A stretch of 64,000 nt of DNA from an uncultured Pelagibacteraceae bacterium (lineage in GTDB: Bacteria; Pseudomonadota; Alphaproteobacteria; Pelagibacterales; Pelagibacteraceae): the NCBI GenBank assembly GCA_902589455.1, contig CACISX010000004.1, forward strand, positions 6,445 to 70,444, read 5' to 3'. Within the stretch, counting starts at the first letter, position 1. Every line of letters begins with the position of its first letter. Shown in pieces: positions 1 through 9,666 of the stretch. The notes under the pieces were generated by a model. The model was not told the DNA's origin and searched no databases. It saw only the letters and a list, made by a program, of their open reading frames with translations. The position numbers and the translations under genes were made by a program.

Positions 1-1
1 G

Positions 2-349
2 TGTCAAAAATTTCTTCCTAGAATAAGTAAGGGAGATAAAAGAGTTTTTATTATTAATGGAAAAGTATGTGGTGCAATTTCAAGGGTTCCAAAAAAAGGT
101 TCTATTTTAAGCAATATGAGTAAAGGAGCAAAACCAACTAATATCAAATTAACAAGTAAAGAAATTAAGGTTTCAAAGCTAATTGCAAGAGATTTAAAAA
201 AAGAAAATATTTTTTTTGCAGGAATTGATTTTATAGATCAAAAACTCAATGGGGATATAAATGTTACATCTCCAACTGGACTTAAAACACTTTATGATCT
301 CTCAGGAAAAAATTTAGCTAAAACTTTTTGGAATGAGCTTAAAGCATGA
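2..349 (+). CDS. gshB: Glutathione synthetase, C-terminal part (gene starts upstream of the window)
   Basis: Frame is open from base 2: QKFLPRISKGDKRVFIING...GIDFID...DINVTSPTG, matching the GshB ATP-grasp motifs GDKR and EINVTSPTG. Confidence 0.9.
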   Translation, partial: CQKFLPRISKGDKRVFIINGKVCGAISRVPKKGSILSNMSKGAKPTNIKLTSKEIKVSKLIARDLKKENIFFAGIDFIDQKLNGDINVTSPTGLKTLYDLSGKNLAKTFWNELKA

Positions 350-1206
350 ATAGTTTAAACAACCAACAAAAAGGTTCTTTGTTAGCCTTCATAGCGGTAA
401 TGCTTATTACACCTGACTCTCTTTTAATAAGATTATCAAATATCGAAACTTGGGGAATGTTGTTTTATAGAGGGGCTATTCCTTTTGTTGTAGTTTTAAT
501 AGGTTTATTAATTTTTTATAACAAAAATTTCTTAAATGCTTTTTTTAACGTAGGTTACACAGGAATATTTTATACTATCAGTTTTGCAATCTGTAATATT
601 ACATTTCTTGTATCTATTCAAAATACTAATGTAGCAAATACTCTGGTAATGGTTGCTATGGCCCCAATGATCTCGGCAATATTAGGTGGGATTTTTTTAA
701 AGGAAGTGCCTAATAAAAAAACGTGGGTTGCAATATTTATAACTTTCTTTTCTGCTATTTATATATTTTATGACTCAATTCAGTTAGGGAACTTTTTCGG
801 TGATTTTATGGGGTTGGTCACTGCTACTGGACTTGCGGTTAATGCTGTGTTGGTAAGATCAGCAAAGGACAGAGATTTGCTTCCCTCAGCAGTTTTGGGG
901 AAACTATGTGTCGCTATTTTTGCATTTTTCTTCGTTGAAAGTTTTGACCTAGTTGGAAATGATATGATTTATATTCCTTTAATGTGTGTCTTGTGTGTTG
1001 CTATACCTTTTGTATTAGTAACTATTGCACCAAGGTTTATCCCTGCTGAGGAAGTAAATTTATTCTTTTTGTTAGAGACTATTATTGGTCCTATTTGGGT
1101 GTGGATGATAATCAAAGAGCAGCCAAGCATAGAAACTATCCAAGGAGGTGCTGTTATAATATTAACTATAGCAATTCACTCGTTTCTTAAACTCAAAAAA
1201 TCTTAA
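346..1206 (+). CDS. DMT/EamA family membrane transporter
   Basis: 286 aa, about 10 hydrophobic segments, FLKE motif and LLETIIGPIWVW...KEQPS EamA-like end. Confidence 0.85.
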   Translation: MNSLNNQQKGSLLAFIAVMLITPDSLLIRLSNIETWGMLFYRGAIPFVVVLIGLLIFYNKNFLNAFFNVGYTGIFYTISFAICNITFLVSIQNTNVANTLVMVAMAPMISAILGGIFLKEVPNKKTWVAIFITFFSAIYIFYDSIQLGNFFGDFMGLVTATGLAVNAVLVRSAKDRDLLPSAVLGKLCVAIFAFFFVESFDLVGNDMIYIPLMCVLCVAIPFVLVTIAPRFIPAEEVNLFFLLETIIGPIWVWMIIKEQPSIETIQGGAVIILTIAIHSFLKLKKS

Positions 1207-1262
1207 ATTCAAATTATAATTAACTTGATTTAGCCACAAATCAGAAATAGATAGCGATTCAT

Positions 1263-2561
1263 ATGAATAAAATACTAAAGAATTCTTGGGCCCTATTTTT
1301 AGGTATGGGAGCTCTAATGCTGGCATATGGTTTTCAAGGATCCTTACTAGGAGTTAGAGCTGTTAAGGAAGAATTTAGTCTAGCTGCAACTGGATTTATG
1401 ATGTCTGGATATTTTGTAGGATATTTTATTGGTGCAATTACAATTCCAAAATTAATTTCAAGAGTTGGACATATTAGAATATTTGCTGCTTTTGCCTCCA
1501 TTGCGTCTTTAGTTGTTCTTATTCATGCAGTTTTTATAAATCCATTCGTATGGTTTTTATTAAGAGTGCTAACTGGTATCAGTATGGTTTCTATTTATAC
1601 AGTTGCTGAAAGTTGGTTAAACGATCGAGCAAGTAATAAAAATAGAGGAAGTGTGCTCTCGCTTTATATGGTTATTTTATATGGGGCCATGGGATGTGGA
1701 ATGTTTTTTTTAAATTTTAGTAATCCAATAAATTTTGAACCTTTTATATTAATCTCTGTTATTACCTCAGCAGCACTAATCCCTATTTTGCTAACAAAAA
1801 GAAAGCCTCCAACGTTTAAAAAGATTGAACCTATGTCTTTACAAGAAGCATATATTTCGTCACCTTTTGGAATGGTTAGTTCATTTTTTTATGGTACAAT
1901 TCAGTCTGCATTATTTACCTTACTTGCTGTCTATGCTGCAGGTATGAATTTTTCTATATTTCAAATTTCAGTAGTTACATTTTTACTAGCAATATCAGGT
2001 GCTATTTCACAATGGCCAATTGGAAAACTATCGGACATTTATGATAGAAGAAAAGTAATTATTATAGTTAGTTTTGCTGCCGCATTTTTTGCTCTCTGTG
2101 CAATTTTTGCTTCTAAACAAATGTATTTGCCTGATGGTCTAGCAACAAGTAAATTTTGGTTTTATGTTTTTTTAATTTTATTTTCTTTTTGTAGCTTGCC
2201 AATGTTTTCTTTAATTTTGGCTCATACAAATGACTTTATTCCTAAAGAAAAGTTTGTTGCTGCTGGTGCAAGTTTGCAGTTTACATTTGGAATGGGGGCT
2301 ATGGGAGGTCCTTTTTTGTGTTCAATTTTCATGAACATAACTAATTTAAATGGTTTTTTTGTATTCTTAATGTTTTTCCATATTTTAATTGGGTTATATG
2401 GTATTTACAGATCAAGAGTAAGACCAGTTGTTGAAAACCCAGATTCACAGTTTGTTGCAATGCCTCAATCCATTACACCTGCAGGTATTGAATTAAACCC
2501 AACAACTGAACCAATTGAAGATCCTATAAAACCCGAAGATAAGCCTATTAATAATAATTAA
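1263..2561 (+). CDS. MFS transporter (YcaD-like)
   Basis: About 12 TM segments; motifs [14 protein letters not shown] and [10 protein letters not shown]. Confidence 0.85.
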   Translation: MNKILKNSWALFLGMGALMLAYGFQGSLLGVRAVKEEFSLAATGFMMSGYFVGYFIGAITIPKLISRVGHIRIFAAFASIASLVVLIHAVFINPFVWFLLRVLTGISMVSIYTVAESWLNDRASNKNRGSVLSLYMVILYGAMGCGMFFLNFSNPINFEPFILISVITSAALIPILLTKRKPPTFKKIEPMSLQEAYISSPFGMVSSFFYGTIQSALFTLLAVYAAGMNFSIFQISVVTFLLAISGAISQWPIGKLSDIYDRRKVIIIVSFAAAFFALCAIFASKQMYLPDGLATSKFWFYVFLILFSFCSLPMFSLILAHTNDFIPKEKFVAAGASLQFTFGMGAMGGPFLCSIFMNITNLNGFFVFLMFFHILIGLYGIYRSRVRPVVENPDSQFVAMPQSITPAGIELNPTTEPIEDPIKPEDKPINNN

Positions 2562-3349
2562 TTTGCATCAAGAACAGCATGAAGAAACTGCTTTGTTCTT
2601 TCATTTTGAGGGTCTCCAAATAATTTTTCTGGAGGTCCTTCTTCAAAAATTTTACCTTCATTAAAAAAACAAACTCTATCTGATATTTCGCGAGCAAATC
2701 CCATCTGATGAGTAACCATAATCATAGTCAGATTATGCTCTTTATTTAAAGATCTAATTACATTTAAAACTTCTCCAACTACCTCTGGATCAAGAGCAGA
2801 TGTTATTTCATCTAAAAGCATCACTTTAGGTCTCATTGCTAAAGCTCTTGCTATCGCAACTCGTTGTTGTTGACCTCCTGAAAGTCTACTTGGATGTTGA
2901 TCTTTTTTATCGGTTAAACCTACTAACTCTAATAATTCTAATGCTCGTTCTTCAGCCTCTTCTCTTTTGAGACCTAATACCTCAACTGGAGCTTCAATAC
3001 AATTTTGTAAGGCTGTCATATGTGGAAACAAATTAAATTGCTGAAATACCATACCTATCTTTGAACGCCTGTCTCTTAAATATTTTTCACTAGCTTCAAC
3101 CATTTTACCATTTTCATTCATATGAGTTAAAGTCTCTCCATCTAAATAAATAACACCGTCATTAATTTTCTCTAAAGTCATTAGAACTCTAAGAACAGTA
3201 GTTTTTCCTGAGCCCGAGGGTCCAATTATAGAAACCATTTCATTTTTTTTAATATTTAAATTTAATTTATCTAAAACAACTAAATCACCATATTGTTTTG
3301 TTACTTGATCAAATTTAACAATAATATCTTCAGAATTATTTTGATTCAT
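2558..3349 (-). CDS. ehuA: Polar amino-acid ABC transporter ATP-binding protein, EhuA (ectoine/hydroxyectoine) type
   Basis: Walker [39 protein letters not shown]; the [12 protein letters not shown] segment is typical of EhuA. Confidence 0.8.
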   Translation of the reverse strand: MNQNNSEDIIVKFDQVTKQYGDLVVLDKLNLNIKKNEMVSIIGPSGSGKTTVLRVLMTLEKINDGVIYLDGETLTHMNENGKMVEASEKYLRDRRSKIGMVFQQFNLFPHMTALQNCIEAPVEVLGLKREEAEERALELLELVGLTDKKDQHPSRLSGGQQQRVAIARALAMRPKVMLLDEITSALDPEVVGEVLNVIRSLNKEHNLTMIMVTHQMGFAREISDRVCFFNEGKIFEEGPPEKLFGDPQNERTKQFLHAVLDAN

Positions 3350-3352
3350 AAT

Positions 3353-4030
3353 TTATTTTTTTACTTTTCCTTGTGCTTTATTAACATCTTTTTCTAGTTT
3401 TCTAACCCACATAGCAGCAGGAATTGATAGTGTCAAAAATATAACACCAACCATTGTATAGGGTTCTAAATATCTGTAGTTATACCCTCCTACAGCAGTA
3501 GCTGCATGGAATAATTCCGCAACTCCAATTGTTGATAGTAAAGGAGTATCTTTAAAAATTCCAACTAAGTAATTCCCCATTCCAGGTATTGCAATTGGAA
3601 ATGCTTGTGGCAAAACTATTCTTCGATAAGTATAAATTGTTGAAAAATTAAGAGCTCTACATGCTTCCCATTGTGTTTTTGATACACCTTCGAGAGCGCC
3701 CCTATAAACTTCAGACAAATAGGTTCCAAAATGAAGACCAATTGTAATCATTCCACATACCCATGCTGATAAAGTTATACCAAACTGAGGAAGTACAAAA
3801 TATACGAAAAACAACTGGATTAATAACGGGGTTGATCTAATAAATTCTACTATTTCTCTATTGATCCAATTAACTATTTTTGAAGGAGTTCTTTGACCTA
3901 ATAAAAAAAACAATCCTACAATTAAAGCTATTGCATAACCTACGCCAGCAGCAAGAATAGTATTTAAAGTTGCAATTGCCATTTGTGGCAATATTTCTAC
4001 AGTAAAATCCCATCTCCATCCCATTTCCAT
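3353..4030 (-). CDS. ehuD: ABC transporter permease, EhuD type
   Basis: N-terminal W.WDF, EFIRSTPLLIQLFF, SEVYRG...QWEA, FKDTPLLS. Confidence 0.78.
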   Translation of the reverse strand: MEMGWRWDFTVEILPQMAIATLNTILAAGVGYAIALIVGLFFLLGQRTPSKIVNWINREIVEFIRSTPLLIQLFFVYFVLPQFGITLSAWVCGMITIGLHFGTYLSEVYRGALEGVSKTQWEACRALNFSTIYTYRRIVLPQAFPIAIPGMGNYLVGIFKDTPLLSTIGVAELFHAATAVGGYNYRYLEPYTMVGVIFLTLSIPAAMWVRKLEKDVNKAQGKVKK

Positions 4031-4033
4031 AAA

Positions 4034-4705
4034 TTAAATTCTCTCCTTTCCAACTTTTCTTGCAGCTAATACCTCTAGCCATCTTAAAAATGGAACTAAT
4101 GCAAATCTAGCAATTATATAATAGATGAGTAAAGCTGTTCCAAAGCATTGCGCTGACAACCATGTTATAGAATTTATTTGTTTTGCTTCAAAAGTGAGAT
4201 CTACAACAGTAACCAAAGCCACCAATGCTGTTGCCTTCAATAGTTCTACAGTTAAATTTGCTGCTGGTGGTAAAATTATTGGAAAAATTTGTGGAATAAT
4301 AATTCTTTTAATTCTTTTTGCTGGTGTAAAGTTTAATGCGTGTGCAGCTTCCCACTGGCCTTTTGGCACTGCTAATATCCCAGCTCTAACTATCTCAGCA
4401 CCATATGCTCCAAAATTTAAACCCAATGCTACTACACCTGCTGTAAAAGCTTCTAAGGATATTCCAAAAAATGGTAACACATAATATGCCCAAAATAACT
4501 GCACTAGAAGAGATGTACCTCTAAAAAATTCTATATAAACTGTAGCAATACCTTGTATTACATAATTTTTGGAAAGCCTCATCAAACCAAAAATCATAGA
4601 AATAATCACATAAAGAAACATTGAACAAACTAGGACTTTTACAGTTGTAACTGTTCCTAGTAAGAGCGTAATCCCATGTTCGTTTAAAAATTCAAAATAT
4701 GACAA
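4034..4705 (-). CDS. ehuC: ABC transporter permease, EhuC type (TTG start)
   Basis: YIEFFRGTSLLVQLFW, GAYGAEIVRAGI..VPKGQWEA, ELLKATAL. Confidence 0.78.
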   Translation of the reverse strand: MSYFEFLNEHGITLLLGTVTTVKVLVCSMFLYVIISMIFGLMRLSKNYVIQGIATVYIEFFRGTSLLVQLFWAYYVLPFFGISLEAFTAGVVALGLNFGAYGAEIVRAGILAVPKGQWEAAHALNFTPAKRIKRIIIPQIFPIILPPAANLTVELLKATALVALVTVVDLTFEAKQINSITWLSAQCFGTALLIYYIIARFALVPFLRWLEVLAARKVGKERI

Positions 4706-4728
4706 AGTAATTTTCCACTAGATTTTAA

Positions 4729-4758
4729 AAACCAGGCAACAATAAAGTTGCCTGGTTT
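4729..4758 (-). terminator. Stem-loop between ehuB and ehuC (terminator/attenuator or mRNA-stabilising hairpin)
   Basis: Perfect 12-bp stem aaaccaggcaac / gttgcctggttt with a 6-nt loop; T-run follows on the minus strand. Confidence 0.75.
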
Positions 4759-4777
4759 AATTTTTTAATTTGTTAAA

Positions 4778-5623
4778 TTATTTAGTTGTGCAAGCCCACT
4801 CAGTAGTCATGTCAGCTGGAGGAAGTTGAGCTTTATCATAGCCATACTTACCCGCTCTTTCTAACATTTTACCTGGATTTGCCAAAACTTTAGCTAAAGC
4901 TGCATTAAATGCGTCTCTGAACTTACTGTCACTTTTTCTAAAACCAATTCCAACCACATTTACAGTTTCTTTAGGCATTAGTTTTGGATCAGTAACTTCA
5001 AATTTACCACCAGTTTTTTCTTCATGCTCTTTTGCACCAAAAAATGTTTGTACAGCAGCATCAGCTCTTCCTGCTTTCATAGCAGCAAGTATTCCTACTT
5101 CACCTTCTACTAGTAACATTTGGCTATCAGGCACACCTGCTTTTTTAGCAGCTTCTACAGTATTGAATCCAGTCCCTGTAACAAGCTTAGCTCCAGTTCT
5201 AATAACATCTGCATAATTATTAATTCCCTTAGGGTTTCCTTTAGGAACTAACATTGCATCACCAAATACTCCAATTGGATCAGAAAAATCAATATTGGCA
5301 CATCTACTTTTTAAAATGTACATACCACCAGTAATCATGTCTGATCTATCTGCATTTATTCCTGGAATAAGACCTGACCATTCAAAAACTTTAGTTTCAT
5401 GCTCATTGATGCCCATTTCTTCCAGAACAGTTAATGCTATCATGTTTACGAAACCTAAAGCTTCACCATTATCTCCAGCATACGCCCATGGCACAGCAGT
5501 TCCAAAACCAAGTCTTAATTTGTGCCCATCTGCAAGTCGCTCTGTTAATGTTTTTGCACTAACAGTAGAAATACTAAACAGAAGAACAAATAAAACAGTT
5601 AATGTTTTATATATCTTTCTCAT
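4778..5623 (-). CDS. ehuB: ABC transporter substrate-binding protein, EhuB-like
   Basis: Signal peptide; EWSGLIPGINADRSDMITGGMYILKSRC...FSDP, LVPKGNPKGI; first gene of the ehu operon. Confidence 0.72.
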   Translation of the reverse strand: MRKIYKTLTVLFVLLFSISTVSAKTLTERLADGHKLRLGFGTAVPWAYAGDNGEALGFVNMIALTVLEEMGINEHETKVFEWSGLIPGINADRSDMITGGMYILKSRCANIDFSDPIGVFGDAMLVPKGNPKGINNYADVIRTGAKLVTGTGFNTVEAAKKAGVPDSQMLLVEGEVGILAAMKAGRADAAVQTFFGAKEHEEKTGGKFEVTDPKLMPKETVNVVGIGFRKSDSKFRDAFNAALAKVLANPGKMLERAGKYGYDKAQLPPADMTTEWACTTK

Positions 5624-5729
5624 AATTATTTCCCCTTAGTTGTTATTTTAAAATTAATTTAAACAGATTAGAGAAGCAGTGTACACCCAACCTCAATAAA
5701 TTTTTTCAATCTTAAGTTGTTTAATTTTT

Positions 5730-6518
5730 TTAATAAATTTGAATTTTATCTAACAAATTGATTTCTCCATCTTCTAATGGGGTTAGATAAATACCCATAT
5801 CAAAATGATTGTAAGTTTGATTTAAAATTTTAAGTAAATTAAAAGAATTATCATCTGATTTTGGTTTTAGATTAATTGCTACACACCTTGGAATATTTTT
5901 TTCCACTTTAAAAGAAAGATCATTAATTTTTAAGGATTTACCAATCCAATTTCTTTCTTCCCAAGCCTCAATCCCATCAAAATATAAATTTCCTCTAAAT
6001 ATTGACGTTTCAATTTTTCTATCAATTTTATTTTCAAAATCTTTAATACTATTAATATTTAAAAGAGAAATTGAATTTTTAAACATTGATTTATTAGATA
6101 TAGAAGTATCATAAAAAGGGTGCTCATCATTTCTCATAAGTCTAATATCATTTTTTAAAGAACCCTCTAATTCAATTAATTTTTTTGCAAGATTGTCTCT
6201 TTCATCAAAGTTATTAATATTAATAGATATAATTTCTTTATCTTTTAGTGTTAAAGTTAACTTATTATCCTCATGTAAAAAATTATACTTATTAAACACA
6301 GGAGTATTTTTAAGTGTTACAATTTTATTCCATTTTCCTTTTCTTGCTTCAGGATTTTTTTCAAATTCTTTAGATTGATCCAAATCAAGATTTTGAGAGA
6401 AAGCAAAAACTCTATCCCCTTCTATTCCAATATTTTTATTAATTTTACACTTCTCGATATTTTGAAATGAAATAGATTTTACAGGACAGTTATGTATTGA
6501 AGAAATATTTATGCTCAT
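5730..6518 (-). CDS. MOSC-domain molybdoenzyme (mARC/YcbX-like)
   Basis: PVKS, GIEGDRVFA, FRGNLYFDG..AWEE..W, and the Moco-ligating PRC motif. Confidence 0.85.
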   Translation of the reverse strand: MSINISSIHNCPVKSISFQNIEKCKINKNIGIEGDRVFAFSQNLDLDQSKEFEKNPEARKGKWNKIVTLKNTPVFNKYNFLHEDNKLTLTLKDKEIISININNFDERDNLAKKLIELEGSLKNDIRLMRNDEHPFYDTSISNKSMFKNSISLLNINSIKDFENKIDRKIETSIFRGNLYFDGIEAWEERNWIGKSLKINDLSFKVEKNIPRCVAINLKPKSDDNSFNLLKILNQTYNHFDMGIYLTPLEDGEINLLDKIQIY

Positions 6519-6536
6519 ATAATCTTTAAAAATAAT

Positions 6537-7364
6537 ATGACTTATCTAAACTCAAATCAACTTAAACAGTACAAAGATGAAGGATTTGTATCACCTGTGA
6601 ATATTTTTTCAAAAGAGAAAGCTAAAGTAATAAGAGATGAAATTGAATTAATTGAAAAAAAATTACCTAATGAACTTGAAAAAACAGGAAGATATAATGC
6701 ACATCTAATTTCTCCAATGCTTGATGAAGTAACTCATGATGAGAATATTTTAAATGCTGTAGAAAGTCTAATTGGAGGTAATATTTTAGTTTGTGGTACT
6801 ACGTTATTTATTAAAAATCCAGGCGAAGGCGGATTTGTAAGTTATCACCAAGATGCAAAATATATTGGTTTGGAGCCTCATAATTGGGTAACAGCTTGGG
6901 TGGCTATCACTGATGCTAATGAAGTTAATGGTTGTATGAGAATGTGGTCTGGTTCGCACAAAGGTGATTTAAAAGAACATGATCAAAATTTCAATGAAAA
7001 AAATTTATTAACTAGAGGTCAGACTGTAAAAAATGTGCCTGATGAAAAAATTGTTCCTTTGATTTTAGATGCAGGGCAAATGTCTTTACATCATCCTAAA
7101 ACAGTTCATGGGTCTGGTATAAATAATAGTAATGATCGAAGAATAGGTTTTGTAATTCAAAGTTACATTGGAACAGATGTTAAGCAAGTTTTAGGTAAAA
7201 ATGGAGTTCAAATAGCTAGAGGTGAGGATAACTATAATTTTCATAAAAAAATAGGAAGGCCACATTCATTAATAAATTCAAATGATCTTAAAATAAAAAA
7301 ACAAGAAAACGACAATCTTCAAGAAATTTTTTATAAAGGTTCCCAGAAAAAAGGATTTTACTAA
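6537..7364 (+). CDS. Phytanoyl-CoA dioxygenase (PhyH) family Fe(II)/2-oxoglutarate dioxygenase
   Basis: HQD iron motif, TAWVAITDA..NGCM..GSH, distal VHGSG.N...RR. Confidence 0.85.
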   Translation: MTYLNSNQLKQYKDEGFVSPVNIFSKEKAKVIRDEIELIEKKLPNELEKTGRYNAHLISPMLDEVTHDENILNAVESLIGGNILVCGTTLFIKNPGEGGFVSYHQDAKYIGLEPHNWVTAWVAITDANEVNGCMRMWSGSHKGDLKEHDQNFNEKNLLTRGQTVKNVPDEKIVPLILDAGQMSLHHPKTVHGSGINNSNDRRIGFVIQSYIGTDVKQVLGKNGVQIARGEDNYNFHKKIGRPHSLINSNDLKIKKQENDNLQEIFYKGSQKKGFY

Positions 7365-7368
7365 ATAA

Positions 7369-8379
7369 ATGATGAAAAAATTAAATCTTGGGATAATTGG
7401 TATCGATCATGGACATATATTTGACATGTTGGATGAAATGTTAAAAGAAGGTTGTATTTGTAATTACTTTTGGACAGATGGGGATCCTTTAACTCTTCAA
7501 GAATTTAATAAAAAGTATCCAAATATTAAAAGAAAAGAAAATAAAGAGGAGATATTAAATGACTCATCTATTGATATGATTTTAATATCTTCGATCCCTG
7601 TAGATAGAGCTGGTCATTCAATAGATGCATTAAAAGCAGGGAAAGATGTTATGGTAGATAAACCGGGCTGTACTACCTTAGATCAGTTAAACAATTTAAA
7701 AAACACTGTTAAAGAAACTGGAAAGATCTGGTCAATAAATTTTTCTGAAAGATTTCACGTTGCTGCAGTTGCTAAAGCAGAAGAATTAGTAAATGTAGGC
7801 AAAATAGGAAACGTAAAACAAACTATCGGTACAGGTCCACATAGACAAGGAAACTATGAAAGACCTGATTGGTTTTATAATCGTCAAAGTTATGGAGGAA
7901 TCATTACCGATATTGGTTCTCACCAAATTCATCAATTTTTAGTTTTTACAAATTCAAATCAGGCAAAAATCAACCATGCATTAGTAGAAAATACGACAAA
8001 GAAAGAAATGCCTGGTTTCCAAGATTTTGGTGAAGTGAATCTAACTGGTAATGGTGGGCATGGTTATATTCGTCTAGATTGGTTTACTCCAGATGCTCTT
8101 CCAGCCTGGGGAGATGGAAGATTATTAATACTTGGAGACAAAGGTTTTATTGAAATAAGAAAATATACAGATTTAGCAAGATCAGAAAAAGGTAATCATT
8201 TATTTTTAGCAAATAATGATGAGGTGAAACATATTGATTGTTCTAATGTTAAGCTGACCTACTTTAGTAATTTAATTAATGATGTTTTAAACAGAACAGA
8301 AACTGCATGTCCTCAAGATCTTACTTATCTTTCAATGGAACTTGCTATTAAAGCTCAAGAGCAAGCTGAAAAAAAATGA
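7369..8379 (+). CDS. Gfo/Idh/MocA family oxidoreductase
   Basis: AGKDVMVDKP, GGIITDIGSHQI. Confidence 0.85.
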   Translation: MMKKLNLGIIGIDHGHIFDMLDEMLKEGCICNYFWTDGDPLTLQEFNKKYPNIKRKENKEEILNDSSIDMILISSIPVDRAGHSIDALKAGKDVMVDKPGCTTLDQLNNLKNTVKETGKIWSINFSERFHVAAVAKAEELVNVGKIGNVKQTIGTGPHRQGNYERPDWFYNRQSYGGIITDIGSHQIHQFLVFTNSNQAKINHALVENTTKKEMPGFQDFGEVNLTGNGGHGYIRLDWFTPDALPAWGDGRLLILGDKGFIEIRKYTDLARSEKGNHLFLANNDEVKHIDCSNVKLTYFSNLINDVLNRTETACPQDLTYLSMELAIKAQEQAEKK

Positions 8380-9449
8380 AAAAGTATCAAGTTGCTATAA
8401 TTGGAACCAATATAGGAGCAAAACATTTTGAAGATTTTCAAAAAGTGTCTGGGAGATTTAATGTTCATACTTTATGTGGTTTAACAAGGGAAGCAATTGA
8501 TAAAATATTACAATCAAATACTGATACAAAAGTTTCTCTTAACTTTGACGATGTTTTAAAAGTTAAAGAAATTGATATCATTGATATTTGTCTACCACCC
8601 CATTTACATTTTTCTGCTTGTAAAAAAGCTATGGAAGCTGGAAAGCATGTGATTTGTGAAAAACCATTAGTTTCAAGTCTTAAAGAAGTAGATGAATTAG
8701 AAAAAATTAGCAAAGAAACTGGTAAGATTGTTTTCCCAGTATTTCAATATAGATATGGTCTTGGATTTTCTCAATTAAAAGCATTAATCAAATCAGGTTT
8801 GGCTGGAAAACCTTTGGTTAGTTCATTAGAAACTCATTGGAATAGAGGTAAAGATTACTATTCAAAACCTTGGAGAGGAACTTGGGAAGGTGAACAAGGT
8901 GGAGCTATTTTAAGTCACTCTATTCATATTCATGATTTAGTTAGTATGATCCTAGGTCCCGTTTCAAATGTTTTTGCAAAACTAACAACTAGAGTAAATG
9001 ATATTGAGGTTGAGGATTGTGCTGCACTTTCAATCGAAATGGAAACTGGAGCTTTGGTGACAAGTTCTATTACATTGGGTGCTGCAAATGATACTAGTAG
9101 ACTAAGATTTTGTTTTGAAGGATTAACAGTCGAATCAGCTGCTTCTCCTGAAAAACCTTATAATCCTGCTGATGATAAATGGGATTTTTTACCAAGATCT
9201 CCTATAACCCAAACTCAAATTGATGAAGTGCTATCGAAAGTAAAAGAACCAAAATCTTGGTACGCAGGAATGTTTGAAGAAATTGCAAATAAGTTAGATG
9301 GATCCTCAAGTGATGAGGTTACACTGCTTGACGCGAAAAAATCATTAGAATTTGTTACTGCTGTCTACTACTCATCAAGACAAAATAAGAACATTAAACT
9401 TCCCATAGATAAAGATAATCCCTTATATAATTCTTGGATACCTAAATAA
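8376..9449 (+). CDS. Gfo/Idh/MocA family oxidoreductase
   Basis: PPHLH, AGKHVICEKP, WRGTWEGEQGGAILSHSIHIHD. Confidence 0.88.
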   Translation: MKKYQVAIIGTNIGAKHFEDFQKVSGRFNVHTLCGLTREAIDKILQSNTDTKVSLNFDDVLKVKEIDIIDICLPPHLHFSACKKAMEAGKHVICEKPLVSSLKEVDELEKISKETGKIVFPVFQYRYGLGFSQLKALIKSGLAGKPLVSSLETHWNRGKDYYSKPWRGTWEGEQGGAILSHSIHIHDLVSMILGPVSNVFAKLTTRVNDIEVEDCAALSIEMETGALVTSSITLGAANDTSRLRFCFEGLTVESAASPEKPYNPADDKWDFLPRSPITQTQIDEVLSKVKEPKSWYAGMFEEIANKLDGSSSDEVTLLDAKKSLEFVTAVYYSSRQNKNIKLPIDKDNPLYNSWIPK

Positions 9450-9506
9450 ATGAATAAAGAAAACGTAAGCAAAATGTGGAAAATTATAAAGGAAGTTGAT
9501 GACTAT
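9450..9506 (+). repeat. Degenerate direct repeat, copy 1 (copy 2 at 11489-11545)
   Basis: Manual alignment gives 46/57 identity. Confidence 0.8.
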
Positions 9507-9647
9507 AATGAACATACTGCAAAATTCTGGCATTATTTCACAAATAAATATATTAAAAATTTTAATATTAGATTAATTAATAGATTTAGTTCTTATACTG
9601 TTTTATCAAATTATATCGATGATAAGATTTACAATAGATCTAATTAA
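9450..9647 (+). pseudogene. Probable chimeric remnant: degenerate copy of the first 19 codons of the gene at 11489 fused to unrelated AT-rich sequence
   Basis: MNKENVSKMWKIIKEVDDY vs MNKENASKLWKIIQEAGDY; 46/57 nt identical, then similarity stops abruptly. Confidence 0.6.
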
Positions 9648-9666
9648 ATAAAATGAAATTATAAAT

